Assembly (NCBI GenBank): GCA_963575745.1 | Contig: CAUYUJ010000267.1 | Coordinates: forward strand, 1-64,000 | Direction: 5' to 3' | From: Prorocentrum cordatum | Taxonomy: Eukaryota | Length of the DNA: 64,000 nt | Part shown: positions 47,715 to 60,710 of the stretch, in pieces | How the letters are laid out: the number at the start of each line of letters is the position of its first letter | Numbering within the stretch: the stretch's first letter is position 1 | Translations under genes and position numbers: made by a program | The notes under the pieces: model-generated | Told to the model about the DNA's origin: nothing | Database searches by the model: none | Seen by the model: only the letters and a program-made list of their open reading frames with translations

Positions 47715-50700
47715 TGATCAGTTTTGCGCCAAAGAGGCTGCGGAAGGGTAGCGCAACGGTAGCGCCACAAGCTCCGGTCAAACCTGCTCTCTCCACGGTC
47801 TCCTTCAAACCGCCCTCGAGGTCGCTAGGTCCACTCTGGGCCCAGACCTCGTAGGGGAACGCTATCAAAATAACTTCTAAAATGGAGCGGGGGGGGAGCT
47901 AGGCCACTGAAGCCATTCCCCCCTCAAAGAATCATCTTCCCATGCTCTACGACACAGGCAGGTATCCTCCTCGCTCACTCCTTTCTCACCCGCCTCGGCT
48001 CAAGCCTCTATCTCCCTGCGAGCGTACCAAGCCAACCATCTCCGAGAATTTCCCCATCTTCTCCCTGGTCATCGGCTAAGTCATCATGTCGCTCGGGTTC
48101 TCGTGGGCGCATACTCTGCCGAAACTTAATCGTCCTTGTTCTCGCCACTGCTGCAGCGCCAGGAAGCGCATCCCCACGTGCTTCATATGTCCTGGCCCGC
48201 GTTTCTTGACAATGTGTAGCACACTGCTGCTGTCGCTCATCGCGAGCGGCAACGGCTTCTCTTCCCACTCCTCGAGTAGCGATGCCAGTCCGAGACCCTC
48301 CGCTGCTCCCGATCCCAGCGCGTGTAGCTCGCTCTCCGCCGGACTCACTGCCGCGCAGCCTGGCGTCTCGACCACGACAGGGTGGTGCGTCCGTGGTGCT
48401 TCAGGATGCCGCCCCTCGTCGAGATCCCGTCCGTCTTGTCATCGGCCCATTCTGCGTCCACCCAGCACTCCACTGCAATGTCCCCTTTGTTCGGAAGCAA
48501 CTGCATCTTGTAGTCTCGCGCGCCTGCAAGGTACCGATCCATCTTCTGCGGCCTCCTCAGGTCCTTCTCCGTCGGTCCTGACATGCCCCTGCTTAGAACT
48601 CCAATTCCACGTTGAATGTCAGGACAGCGGCTCGCCAACCCAAATTGCTTCCCCACGCAGGTCCTGTGACAACTGTGGCCCACTGTGTCTAGCTTGAACT
48701 CGTCGCTCTTGGGCAGCACTGATGGCTTCGCCGTCTCCAGGCCCAGCTCCTTCAGGACGTCGTCGGTCAAGCTCGTCTCGCCGCTGGTCGCGTAGCTGCC
48801 CTCGACTTTCTCCACCTGCGCGTTCAGGAACGGTGCCTGGTCTCCGTTCTGGGTTAGCTCCACCACGTCCGCTGACTTCCATCTCTCTCCCATCACCTCT
48901 AGCAGCAAGTCGACTTCGTCGCTCGGTCCAGTGATTAGGAAGTCGTCGGCGCCCCCACCTGCCATCATCCTGTTGCTCAGCTTCGCGAAGAGACACCCGT
49001 CGCAGTGGCCCCTGACCATCTCAAGCTCCTCCATGGTGTCCGCGCCGTGGTCCTCCCAAGCCTTCGGCGCTCCTTTGGATCTTGGAAATGCGCACAGCGC
49101 CTCCCGAACATGTCCTCCAGGTACTCCTGCTTCTGGTGGCGGCTCCAGGAAGATGCGGCCCTCGGTGAGCGGTGCCTGGTGGAAAGCTCCACTGCAGTCG
49201 CCAAACGCCACCGCGTGGTCGTGCAACCCCGCGCTGACCAGCATCGCCTTCAGGTGCGGGAGTGAGGGGTCGTGGCCACGAAGTCCCCGCGCCGCTCGAG
49301 GCCCCTCGTGGTCCACCGAGTCTTCTTGCTGCCGCCCGCCTGGTAGGTGTCGACTCATTTGCCCGTCGAGATCTCGGACGTCGTGTCCTGGATGGGGATT
49401 GCCTGTGCGATCTTCTTGCCGTCTCATGCGATATTCTCCAAGTGCCCCTTCCTCGCCTCCGTGAAGTCGCCTCCAGCGCGCGCGTCTCCTCGTCCTCCAC
49501 CTGTGGCTCCTCGCTTTTTTCCTGGCCGTGTTGATTATCTGGATGGTAGCGACCATGGACTTCTTGCCTTCGCTTCTTTCTCCGCCTTCGCGTTCTCGCT
49601 TGGGACTCCGCTCTACCGGCGGAATGCGCGCTGGCTGCGGCGGCGCCGCCCTCGGCGTTGACGGTCCCCGGGCCGCTTCGCCTCCAATCGCTTCTTGTCC
49701 ATGTCCACGTCGTCGTGCGGTGCTGCCGCCGCTGCTGCTGCTGGCTGCGGTGGTGCTGGTGGTGGTCCTCCTCCTGCTGCTGCCGCTCCTGCTGCGGCTG
49801 CGGCTGCCGCGTGCGGGCCCAGGTACTCCGGTGACCGCCCGAGCGGGATCGGTTCCCGCAGTGATCTCTGCGCCAGTAGTCCCCCCCTCGCGGTTGGCGT
49901 CGGTTCCCAGGGTGTCCACCTCATCTGGTCGAACAACTCCTTGTCCCAGCGTCGGCTCTCTACCTTCCTCTTCGCCGCCCGGGGCCTGCGCGCTCTCGTC
50001 GGCGTTCCGATCAGGTGCTCGCCCGTCCTCGCGTCGCCACCTGGCCAGATGCCCTCCAGCCACGGCAACCCGAGCTTGTTCACCTGGGCTCCTGGCCTCC
50101 TGCAGATCACTGCCTCGCCGACTCCGACGGTGGGCTTCTGGTGCTTGAGCATGTGGGTCTTCTCGAAGGGCGTGAGGTTGGCGCCCCCCCTGACCATGCA
50201 TCTGTTGCAGAGCCGCGCTGCCTGCCTCGGCAACCGCGCAAGGAAGGGGGGTCGGGCTTGAGGTCGCGGTTCAGCTCCTTGTTGCCCTGCAGCATCAAAG
50301 CCCCCACTTGCTTCCTAACCGCCTGGGTAACTCTGTCGGCCCTGCCGCGCGCCTGGCTGTTGCACCTCTCCGACTGCCCCATGAGGAACGTCTCCTTGAT
50401 CGCCCTGGCCCTGACTGCCATGATGAACGAGAAGACGGCTGCCCCCCCTGCGTGCAATTGCAATCGTGAGTGCCCCGGCTCGACGTCGTAGACGTCGAAC
50501 TGGGACAGACGTCGTCTCGAACTTTCGGAATGATGGCCGTGCTCCAGATGCCCCCGGTCGGAGCGCCGCTGCCCAATACGAACTCGAAGTCGACGGGGTC
50601 CCCCTCGATGCCCGCCTGGCCGTAGTTGAAGCTCAGCAGTGGGATCAGCTCGTCGCGGCTATCCTCCTTCTTGCGGGCTACGTCGTTGGCCCTTGCCTGG

Positions 50701-52224
50701 CTGCAGATCTCACGCCCTGGTTCAGCTGGGTAGTGCGTCAGCTCGTGTCTCTCGATCACCTCTGCAAGTGGCTCTCGAGTCTCGAGGTCCACGTAGTCCA
50801 CTGGCTGTCGTCTCGGGTCTACTGTCTCGCGGTCGTCGGGAACTGCGACTGGTCCTTCTGCGGGAGCATCCGCTAGTACATCTACAGCTCCTCGGGATAC
50901 GACCTGTGGTTGCTGCCGCTCCTGGTGGTAGTACTATTGGTCCTGCTGCCAATGCTCGGTGACCTGCGTCTCCGTCTTCGCCCTCCTCACCTGGTCGCGC
51001 TGCTGCGACTGCTGCCCCGATCGGCGCCAGCAGCGCCATCTCTCCGTGGACCACCCCCATGTCAACGTACATCTTGGTCCAGCACTCCAGTGCGTAGTGG
51101 TCGTTGGTCTTCTTAGGCTTGACCAGTCCTGCCGTCTCGTGCCTCAGCAGTCCTCCTTTGCCGTCGCACCACGCCGCGCGGTTCTCCATCTTGGTGCAGA
51201 ACTTGCCCACGCTCATGATGTGCTGCTTCACGTCAGCGGCCTGGAACTCCAAGATGATGCGCCTGTCGCCAGCTATGCAGAGCGTCGCCGTCTTCGATCC
51301 GTAGTACCGCAGTAGCGCGCCGTCTGCGACCGTCAGGTTGGGGCTGCATCCAGGTTTGAGCTCCACGTTCAGAGAGTCCCTGATGCCGCGCACGTGCTAA
51401 TCTGCGCAGCTGTCCGCCAGCGTCCAGAACGACCGCCACATGCCGTTCCCCATCATGCTGTAGACCTTCCTCTCCTGCAACCTTGGCTCCCAGTGCTTCG
51501 TAACTGCGCAGATCAAACCACTTTCCCACTCTGTCGCGTGCTCATCCATCGTGGTGATCGCTCGAATTCCTGCTCCCACTTGGCTGGCTGAAGGTCCGGC
51601 TGCCGATGGTGCTAGACCCCCTGGAAGTTGTGTGCTGATGTTGCCCCAGCCGTCGTACATCGTGATCTTGTTCGCTCCGCCGTTCTGCCATTTCTTGGCC
51701 TTCCGCTTACCCGTCGTAGTTGGGGATCTCCTGTCGACGCCCGCAATCTCTCGCATGGCGCCCCCTCTTTCCACATGATTAGCGTAGCCTCGCCCCAGGT
51801 GCTCCTGGCGTATTCCAGGCTGGCTGTCGCGTTGCTGCCGTCCTCGCCATGGGATCCGCGCCCTTGCCCTTTTGGTCTTCGCTCCTGGTCTTGCCTCTGT
51901 TGTCTCCACCTTTTTGCCTTTGCCGTCTTTGCCCTTGCCTTTGGGATACTACGATGTGAGCGCGCCCACCCCCATGGTTCCTGAGGTTCGGCTTCCGTTG
52001 CTGCCTTCGGCCCCGAGTCCCGGCGGGATCGGCCACTTCGGCTGGTGCCTGCCCTCGCGCACCGCCGCCGCCTGTAAGTGCTGCGTCGCGTTGCCGATCG
52101 GTTCGTCATAGCTCCATTCACTCTGCATCTGCAATGCCGTTCTGCTGTTCTTCGGCGCCTTCTGTCGGTAGATTCTCTTTTTGACTCCTGCATTGAACGC
52201 CTCTCCTGACGCCGTTTCGTAGCG
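47715..52224 (-). mobile_element. Ty1/copia retrotransposon, 5'-truncated duplicate
   Basis: 3' LTR at 47715-47810. RNase H (VDAEWA, ESEL, SDSSS, KHV, NPSDMMT), RT (DCSGAFHQA, ADDFLI) and INT (HELTHYP) motifs; broken within gag. Confidence 0.9.
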
Positions 52225-52520
52225 CCTCCTGATTTCCTCCAGATCTATCTGGGTAGATGTCTGTGGACTCCAGCAACAGGAAGCGGGGGGGCTGGCTCAG
52301 AGACGGGATCACACGCGCGGCCAATTTTACTAAAGCCAGTACACAAGGGAAAACTCCCAATCAGTGGATGGGTGGATATAGGTATACATATGAATACTCA
52401 CATACGCACGTGCTGTACGCACCTGTGTGCCATATGCACAGATCCACCCCGTTTCCATCCCTATCCCTGCCTATGGTATGGATATACAGATGTCCATATA
52501 TACTTAGATACACACATATG

Positions 52521-52554
<34 letters not shown>

Positions 52555-53958
52555 CATTCATGGTTATACACATACATCCACATCTTTCCCCTCTCTCTCT
52601 ACCCACATGTACTGGAAGCACGCGCGTTTCGCGCGCGATTTGGTTCTAGGAAGGTGCAATCCTTTGGCCTTGTCGGGCAAATCTCGCTGCTCATTCGTGC
52701 ACCCTGAAACTTTGTGGAACGGCCGGGTTCACGCTTCCTTGCAAACGCAGCCCCTGTCGAAGGCGCGTGGGCGCCCCAACGGATTTCCCGGCACCCTGGT
52801 ACGCCTTCAAGATAGCTTCCACAACGAGCTTGGGAGACCCACGCGCCCGCCCGAATCAAAAACAACAAGGGGCCGGCGGATGCTGCGCACGCCTGAAAAA
52901 TCAACCTCAGGAGGTGACGGGCTTCGCGGCCGCCTTTTCCGCGAAGGCGACCATGCAAAGTACCCGACGTGTCCAATAAATGCATCATAGCCACATACTG
53001 GATTGTGTTACATTATGATGTGTCCCCAACCTCTTCCTGGAGTCGCGCCATTTCCGTCGACCCAAACGTGACGGACCCTCCTTGGGCTTCGAAACCTACA
53101 ACAACCGATGAAAAATCAATGATTTGGGGATTTGGGCCTGTGGGGCCGTTTGGGGGTCCAAAGCGGCGTCACGAGGGCTCAGGATGGCATCGAGACGAGA
53201 CAGGACAACCCCAAGACGGTCCAAAATGGCCCCAGGAGGGCCGAAAACACGCCCAAAAACGCCCAAGAGGGCTCCAAGAGGGCCCCCCAAAAAGCGCCTC
53301 CATAGACCAAAATCTATAATTTCCTGCGATGTTTGAAAGGATGGAGCCTTCTCTCATTTTTGGATTCTCAGACGACCGCGACGACCAAAACAAGCCAGCA
53401 AGCCCAAAAAGCCTCCAATATGGCCCCAAGACGGTCCAGGAAGCCCCCAAGAAGGCCCCATCACGGCCCAAGACGGCCTGAACATGCACCTGAACAAATC
53501 CAAGGAACCCCGGAGACGGCTCAAGAGGAGCCCAAGAGGGCCCCAAGGCGGCCGCGAGATGCCCCCTGGACGGCATCCGGACGGGCGAATCGGTGCAAAG
53601 GCGCCCTCAAACGGTTCAAGACTCCCCGAGAGGCTCCAAAATGGCTCTACAGAAACCCCCGTAGAGGCCTCCCAAAGCCCCCGGGGCCCCCAAGAGGCCG
53701 CCAAAGGCCCGCGAAAGGCCCACTGACGCCACCAAAAAGCCCGCGGAATCGAAAACGAATGGCGCGTTGTTGCTATGCTCGCCGGAGTTTGAACTGCGCG
53801 CTGCCTTTTGCATCAGAAGGGACCGCGCAGCGCAAGAGCGCCCCAAAACTGCCCAACACGCGCCAAAGGGGCCCCAAGACCCAAGAGAATCCCAAGAAGC
53901 CCTTGCGGAGGCCCTGAGGAAACCTGCCAAAGGCCCACAGGAGCCCCCGCTACGATTA

Positions 53959-54113
53959 GGTCGGGCCTGTCCTCCTACAGGGGGTGCGACGCGAAAAATA
54001 TAAAACATACCAAACAAATGCACCAAAACTTATCCAACATAGTCGAACAATCGTGCCCCGACCATGTCTTAACTATTTTCGACTGTTCGTCCTGTAGAGG
54101 GACAGGCCCTACT
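53959..54113. mobile_element. GGTCGGG-family MITE (duplicate copy)
   Basis: Paralogue of 47555-47710. Confidence 0.85.
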
Positions 54114-57100
54114 TAAATGAAAAGTTTTGCGCAGAGAGGCTGCGGAAGGGTAGCGCAAGGGTAGCGCCACAAGCTCCGGTCAAACCTGCTCTCTCCACGG
54201 TCTCCTTCAAACCGCCCTCGAGGTCGCCAGGTCTACTCTGGGCCCAGACCTCGTAGGGGAACGCTATCAAAATAATTTCTAAAATGGAGCGGGGGGTAGC
54301 TAGGCCACTGAGGCCCTTCCCCCCTCAAAAAATCATATCCCCATGCTCTACGACGCAGGCAGGTATCCTCCTCGCTCGCTCCTTTCTCACCCGCCTGGCC
54401 TCAAGCCTCTATCTCCCTGCGAGCGTACCAAGCCAGCCACATCCGAAAATTTCTCCAGCTTCTCCCTGGTCATCGGCTAGGTCATCATGTCGCTCGGGTT
54501 CTCGCGGGCGCATACTCTGCCGAAACTCAATCGTCCTTGTTCTCGCCACTGCTGCAGCGCCAGGAAGCGCATCTCCGCGTGCTTCATCTGTCCTGGCCCG
54601 CGTTTCTTTACAATATGTAGCACGCTGCTGCTGTCGCTCATCGCGAGCAGCATCGGCTTCTCTTTCCACTCCTCGAGTAGTGATGCCAGTCCGAGAGCCT
54701 CCGCTGCTCCCGATCCCAGCGCGTGTAGCTCGCTCTCCGCCAAACTCAATGCCGCGCAGCCCTGGCGTCTCGACCACGACAGGATGGTGCATCCGTGGTG
54801 CTTCAGGATGCCACCCCTCGTCGAGATCCCGTCCGTCTTGTCATCGGCCCATTCTGCGCCCACCCAGCACTCCACTGCAATGTCCCCTTTGTTCGGAAGC
54901 AACTGCATCTTGTAGTCTCGCGCGCCTGCAAGGTACCGATCCATCTTCTGCGGCCCCGCCAGGTCCTTCTCCGTCGGTCCTGACATGCCCCTGCTTAGGA
55001 CTCCAACTCCACGTTAAATGTCAGGACAGCGGCTCGCCAACTGAAATTGCTTCCCCACGCAGGTCCTGTGACAACTGTGGCCCACTGTGTCTAGCTTGAA
55101 CTCGTCGCTCTTCATGTGCATCTCGTTCGTGGTCTCGGGCAGTACTGATGGCTTCGCCGTCTCCAGGCCCAGCTCCTTCAGGACGTCGTCGGTCAAGCTC
55201 GTCTTGCCGCTGATCGCGTAGCTGCGCGTCCGCTGACTTCCATCTCTCTCCCATCACCTCTAGCAGCAAGTCGACTTCGTCGCTCGGCCCAGCGATTGGG
55301 AAGTCATCGGCGCCCCCACCAGCCATCGTCCTGTTGCTCAGCTTCGCGAAGAGACACCCGTCGTAGTGGCCCCTGACCATCTCAAGCTCCTCCATGGTGT
55401 CCGCGCCGTGGTCCTCCCAAGCCTTCGGCGCTCCTTTGGATCTTGGAAATGCGCACAGCGCCTCCCGAACATGTCCTTCAGGTACTCCTGCTTCTGGTGG
55501 CGGCTCCAGGAAGATGCGGTCCTCGGTGAGCGGTGCCCGGTGGAAAGCTCCACTGCAGTCGCCAAACGCCACCGCGTGGTCGTGCAACCCCGCGCTGACC
55601 AGCATCGCCTTCAGGTGCGGGAGTGAGGGGTCGTGGCCACGAAGTTCCCGCGCCGCTCGAGGCCCCTCGTGGTCCACCGAGTCTTCTTGCTGCCGCCCGC
55701 CTGTTAGGTGTCGACTCATTTGCCCGTCGAGATCTCGGACGTCGTGTCCTGGATGGGGATTACCTGTGCGATCTTCTTGCCGTCTCATGCGATATTCTCC
55801 AAGTGTCCCTTCCTCGCCTCCGTGAAGTCGCCCTCCAGCGCGCGCGTCTCCTCGTCCTCCACCTGTGGCTCCTCGCTTTTTTCCTGACCGCGTTGATTAT
55901 CTGGATGGTAGCGACCATGGACTTCTTGCCTTCGCTTCTTTCTCCGCCTTCGCGTTCTCGCTTGGGACTCCTCTCTACCGGCGGAATGCCCGCTGGCTGC
56001 GGCGGCGCCGCCCTCGGTGTTGACGGCCCCGCCGCCTCGTTCCGGGCCCTCTTCGCCTCCAATCGCTTCTTGTCCATGTCCACGTCGTCGTGCGGTGCTG
56101 CCGCCGCTGCTGCTGCTGGCTGCGGTGGTGCTGGTGGTGGTCCTCCTCCTGCTGCTGCCGCTCCTGCTGCGGCTGCGGCTGCCGCGTGCGGGCCCAGGGT
56201 CTTCGGTGGCGGCCCGAGTGGGATCGGTTCCCGTAGTGATCTCTGCGCCGGTAGTCCCCCCCTCGCGGTTGGCGTCGGTTCCCAGGGTGTCCACCTCATC
56301 TTGTCGAACAGCACCTTGTCCCAGCGTCGGCCCTCCACCTTCCTCTTCACCGCCCGGGGCCTGCACGCTCTCGTCGGCGCTCCGATCAGGTGCCCGCCCG
56401 TCCTCGCGTCGCCACTTGGCCAGATGCCCTCCAGCCGCGGCAGCCCGAGCTTGTTCACCTGGGCTCCTGGCCTCCTGCAGATCACTGCCTCGCCGACTGC
56501 GACGGTGGGCTTCTGGTGCTTGAGCATGTGGGTCTTCTCGAAGGGCGTGAGGTTGGTGCCCTCCCTGACCATGCATCTGTTGCAGAGCCACGCTGCATGC
56601 CTCGGCTACCACGTAAGGAAGGGGGGGTCGGGCTTGAGGTCGTGGTTCAGCTCCTTGTTGCCCTGCAGCATCAAAGCCCTCACTTGCTTCCTAACCGTCT
56701 GGGTAACTCTGTCGGCCCTGCCGCGCGCCTGGCTGTTGCACCTCTCCGACTGCCCCATGAGGAACGTCTCGCAGATGCCGTCCTTGATCGCCCTGGCCCT
56801 GACTGCCATGATGAACGAGAAGACGGCTGCCCCCCTCTGCGTGCAATTGCAATCGTGAGTGCCCCGGCTCGACGTCGTAGACGTCGAACTGGGACAGACG
56901 TCGTCTCGAACTTTCGGAATGATGGCCGTGCTCCAGATGCCCCCGGTCGGAGCGCCGCTGCCCAATACGAACTCGAAGTCGACGGGGTCCCCCTCGATGC
57001 CCGCCTGGCCGTAGTTGAAGCTCAGCAGTGGGATCAGCTCGTCGCGGCTATCCTCCTTCTTGCGGGCTACGTCGTTGGTCCTTGCCTGGCTGCAGATCTC

Positions 57101-59011
57101 ACACCCTGGTTCAGCTGGGTAGTGCGTCAGCTCGTGTCTCTCGATCACCTCTGCAAGTGGCTCTCGAGTAAAAAGGTCCACGTAGTCCACTGGCTGTCGT
57201 CTCGGGTCCACTGTCTCGTGGTCGTCGGGAATTGCGACTGGTCCTTCTGCGGGCGCATCCGCTAGTACATCTCCAGCTCCTCGGGATGCGACCTGTGGTT
57301 GCTGCCGCTCCTGGTGGTAGCACTATTGGTCCTCCTGCCAATGCTCGGTGACCTGCGTCTCCGTCTTCGCTCTCCTCACCTGGTCGCGCTGCTGCGACTG
57401 CTGCCCCGATCGGCGCCAGCAGCGCCATCTCTCCGTGGACCACCCCCATGTCAACGTACATCTTGGTCCAGCACTCCAGTGCGTAGTGGTCGTTGGTCTT
57501 CTTAGGCTTGACCAGTCCTGCCGTCTCGTGCCTCAGCAGTCCTCCTTTGCCGTCGCACCACGCAGCGCGGCTCTCCATCTTGGTGCAGAACTTGCCCACG
57601 CTTATGATGTGCTGCTTCACGTCAGCGGCCTGGAACTCCAAGATGATGCGCCTGTCGCCAGCTATGCAGAGCGTCACCGTCTTCGATCCGTAGTACCGCA
57701 GTGGCGCGCCGTCTGCGACCGTCAGGTTGGGGCTGCATCCAGGTTTGAGCTCTCGGGGAGTCCCTGATGCCGCGCACGTGCTCATCTGCGCAGCTGTCCG
57801 CAAGCGTCCAGAACGACAGCCACATGCCGTTCCACATCATGCTGTAGACCTTCCTCTCCTGCACCTTTGGCTTCCAGTCCTTCGTAACTGCGCAGATCAA
57901 ACCACTTTCCCACTCTGTCGCGTGCTCATCCATCGTGGTGATCGCTCGAATTCCTGCTCCCACTTGGCTGGCTGACGGTCCGGCTGCCGATGGTGCTAGA
58001 CTCCCTGGAGGTTGTGCGCTGATGTTGCCCCAGCCGTCGTACATCGTGATCTGGTTCGCTCCGCCGTTCTGCCATTTCTTGGCCTTCCGCTTACCCGTCG
58101 TAGTTGGGGATCTCCTGTCGACGCCCGCAATCTCTCGCATGGCGCCCCCTCTTTCCACATGATTAGCGTAGCCTCGCCCCAGGTGCCCCTGGCGCATTCC
58201 AGGCTGGCTGTCGCGTTGCTGCCGCCCTCGCCATGGGATCCGCGCCCTTGCCCCTTTGGTATTCGCTCCTGGTCTTGCCTCTGTTGTCACCGCCTGTTTT
58301 GCCTGTGCCGTCTTTGCCCTTGCCTTTGGGATACTACGATATGAGCGCGCCCACCCCCATGGCTCCTGACGTTCGGCTTCCTCTGCTGCCTTCGGCCCCA
58401 AGTCCCGGCGGGATCGGCCACTTCGGCTGGCACCCGCCCTCGCGCACCGCCGCCGCCTGTAAGTGCTGCGTCGCGGTGCCGATCGGTTCGTCATCATAGC
58501 TCAATTCGCTCTGCATCTGCAGTGCCGTCCTGCTGTTCTTCGGCGCCTTCTGTCGGTAGATGCTCTTTTTGACCCCTGCATTGAACGCCTCTCCTGACGC
58601 CGTTTCGTAGCGCCTGGCGCCGCGCTCCCATGTCTGAGTGGCACTGCTCGAACCCCGCCAGGTCCGAAGGGAAATTCTCCACCTTCAGAATCGCTGTCAT
58701 GATACTTTGCGCCCTCATTGCCGTCGCTGCCTCGTAGCGCTTGATCAGAGCGCGCCACGCCAGCGCTCCGTTCTGGTCCTCTGCGCCCCTGATCAGCATC
58801 TGCGCGCTGCCTTTCGCTGTCAGGACCAGCGCGAAAAGCATCATCTTCGTTGCCGCATCTCCTTCAACTCCCAGACGATGGACAGCATCCGCCATGCTGA
58901 TGCCCAGGTACGCCCGCATCACGAAACTCATCTCTGACCCCATCTCCTCGTGGCCGTCGAACGTTGGTGGCTTCAGCCCGAATCCCTGCCACTCGGCACC
59001 AGGCTCCGTCA

Positions 59012-59440
59012 TGGTCACGAAGACCTCGTCCTGCTCGTCGGTGGTCGCGTAGACCTCGTCCCGCTTGTCGGTGGTCACGTAGACGTCGTCCTGCTTGTCG
59101 GAGGTCACGTAGACCTCGTCCTGCGTGTCGTTGGTCACGTAGACCTCGTCCTGATTGTCGGTGGTCACGCAGACCTCGTCCTGCTTGTCGGTGGTCACGT
59201 AGATCTCGCTCTGCTTGTCTGTGGTCACGAAAACATCGCTCTGCTTGTGTGTGGTCACGCAGACCTCGTCCTTCAGCTCTGTGGTCACGTAGACCTCGTC
59301 TTTTACTCCTGTGGTGGTCACGTAGACCTCGTCTTGCACTCCTGTGGTCACGTAGACCTCGTTCAGCGCTCCTGTGGTCACGTAGACCTTGTCCAGCGCT
59401 CCTGTGGTCACGTAGACCTTGTCCAGCTGCTCGGTGACGT
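59012..59440 (-). repeat. In-frame 30-bp repeat (DEVYVTTDKQ-like) at the gag N-terminus
   Basis: gtggtcacgtagacctcgtc recurs every 30 bp, about 14 units. Confidence 0.9.
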
Positions 59441-59589
59441 GGGCCTTTTTCCAGCTGCTTGGTCACGTGGATCTTGTCCAGCTGGTATGTCAGCTGGTTG
59501 CCGTGGACCGCTCGCCCTGCGGCCGCGGCCGCGAGAGCTATGGCCAGCGCCCCTAACCGCGGGGAAGGCGCCCATCGGGAGCTGGCCGT

Positions 59590-59606
59590 AACCAGCTCCG
59601 CTACCG
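59590..59606 (-). other. Primer-binding site, tRNA-iMet-like
   Basis: CGGTAGCGGAGCTGGTT lies immediately inside the 5' LTR and is complementary to ...CTCCGCTACC(A), an acceptor stem with U72/A73 typical of initiator tRNA. Confidence 0.7.
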
Positions 59607-60596
59607 TAGTAACTTTTGTGCCACAGAGGCTGCGGAAGGGTAGCGCAAGCGCAAGGGTAGCAGCAACTCAGGCTCTGGTTAAACCTGCTCTCTCCACGGC
59701 TTCCCTCAACATTAACGTTGCGACTGCACTGCACGCGTTCCCCCCCCGCGCACTGCACACATCGATGGCAATTTCGGCCCAAGACGCCCCCAGGAGGCCG
59801 CGGCAGGGCCCAAGCAAACTCCCAGGAGGCCCCGAGGCGCTCTCGAGGCGTTCCCAGGAACCCCCGAGAGGCTCCCACCAGGCCACGCAGGGACTGGACA
59901 GCACGCGCTCCGGCCTTGCACCCCGCGAAGCGAGAGGAATCGGAATCGGCAAGCCATCAAAATCGAACCGGAGAAATCGAATCGAAGAAGTCGAAGCGAA
60001 CCGAAGGCATCGAAGGCTTCGAAATCCAATCTGAATTCAAAACCGAGTCGAGGGGATCGACATCGGAATCGAATCGGATCGAAGGAATCCATGTCGAGAT
60101 CGAGCCGAAGGCATCGAAGCGAGCCCTGGCAGGTTGCCCGCCCGAGCGCTTCTCGGCAGCGGGCGGGGTTGGCCCGAGGCGGGCACCCCCGCCCCGCAGG
60201 GGGATCCGGGGGCAGCCGCCCCGCTCCCCCCTCTGCGGCGGCGCCCTCGGCGTGCTCCCCCCCCTTTGTGCGCGCCGCCCCCTCGAGCCTGCGCTCCCCG
60301 ATCGCCCCCACGCCTCCCCCTGCCGCCCTCTCCTCCTCCCCTCCCCTCCCTCTGCCCCCTCCTCTCCTCCAACCCCCTGCCCCCCCCCCCCGCTCCTCGC
60401 CTCCTCGCATTGCTCCTTCCGCTTCCTCTCCCCCCCACCCCTGCTCCACGGCTCCCCTCGTCCATCCTCAAGTCCTTTCCTGCCTTTCGCCTCCCCGCCT
60501 CTTGCTTACCCTCATGTTCATCGTGTTACCCCCCTCCTGTCTGTCCCCTTCACTCCATTCGACCACAAAGATGGAGGAGTGAAGCCGAGATGGCGC

Positions 60597-60710
60597 CTCC
60601 TTCAACGCCACTACCTTGTCGGTCTTCGATATCATGAGGTGGAAGAGCGCGATGATGGCCCCCTCGAACTCCGTGCCCTTTCCCGTGTTGATGGTCGTTG
60701 GGCTGAAGGC
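60597..60710 (-). CDS. SEC61A: Sec61 alpha internal exon ([38 protein letters not shown])
   Basis: 114 nt, phase 0, acceptor AG|G and donor GAG|GC. Contains the diagnostic AFSPTT.NTG.G.EFEGA motif. Confidence 0.97.

Larger units (their letters stand above)
45751..58615. repeat. ~6.4-kb tandem segmental duplication (45751-52224 and 52225-58615)
   Basis: Colinear copies each containing an AT-rich stretch, a MITE, a 3' LTR and pol. The junction shares CCT microhomology. Confidence 0.9.
54118..59711 (-). mobile_element. Full-length but decayed Ty1/copia LTR retrotransposon (5.6 kb)
   Basis: 5' LTR 59607-59711 (starts TGTTG) and 3' LTR 54118-~54212. gag KPPTFDG...GALAWRALIKRYE, protease DSCAD, integrase HxxxH..CxxC, then RT and RNase H in copia order. 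GAGGGCGG PPT-like tract. Frameshifted. Confidence 0.92.
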
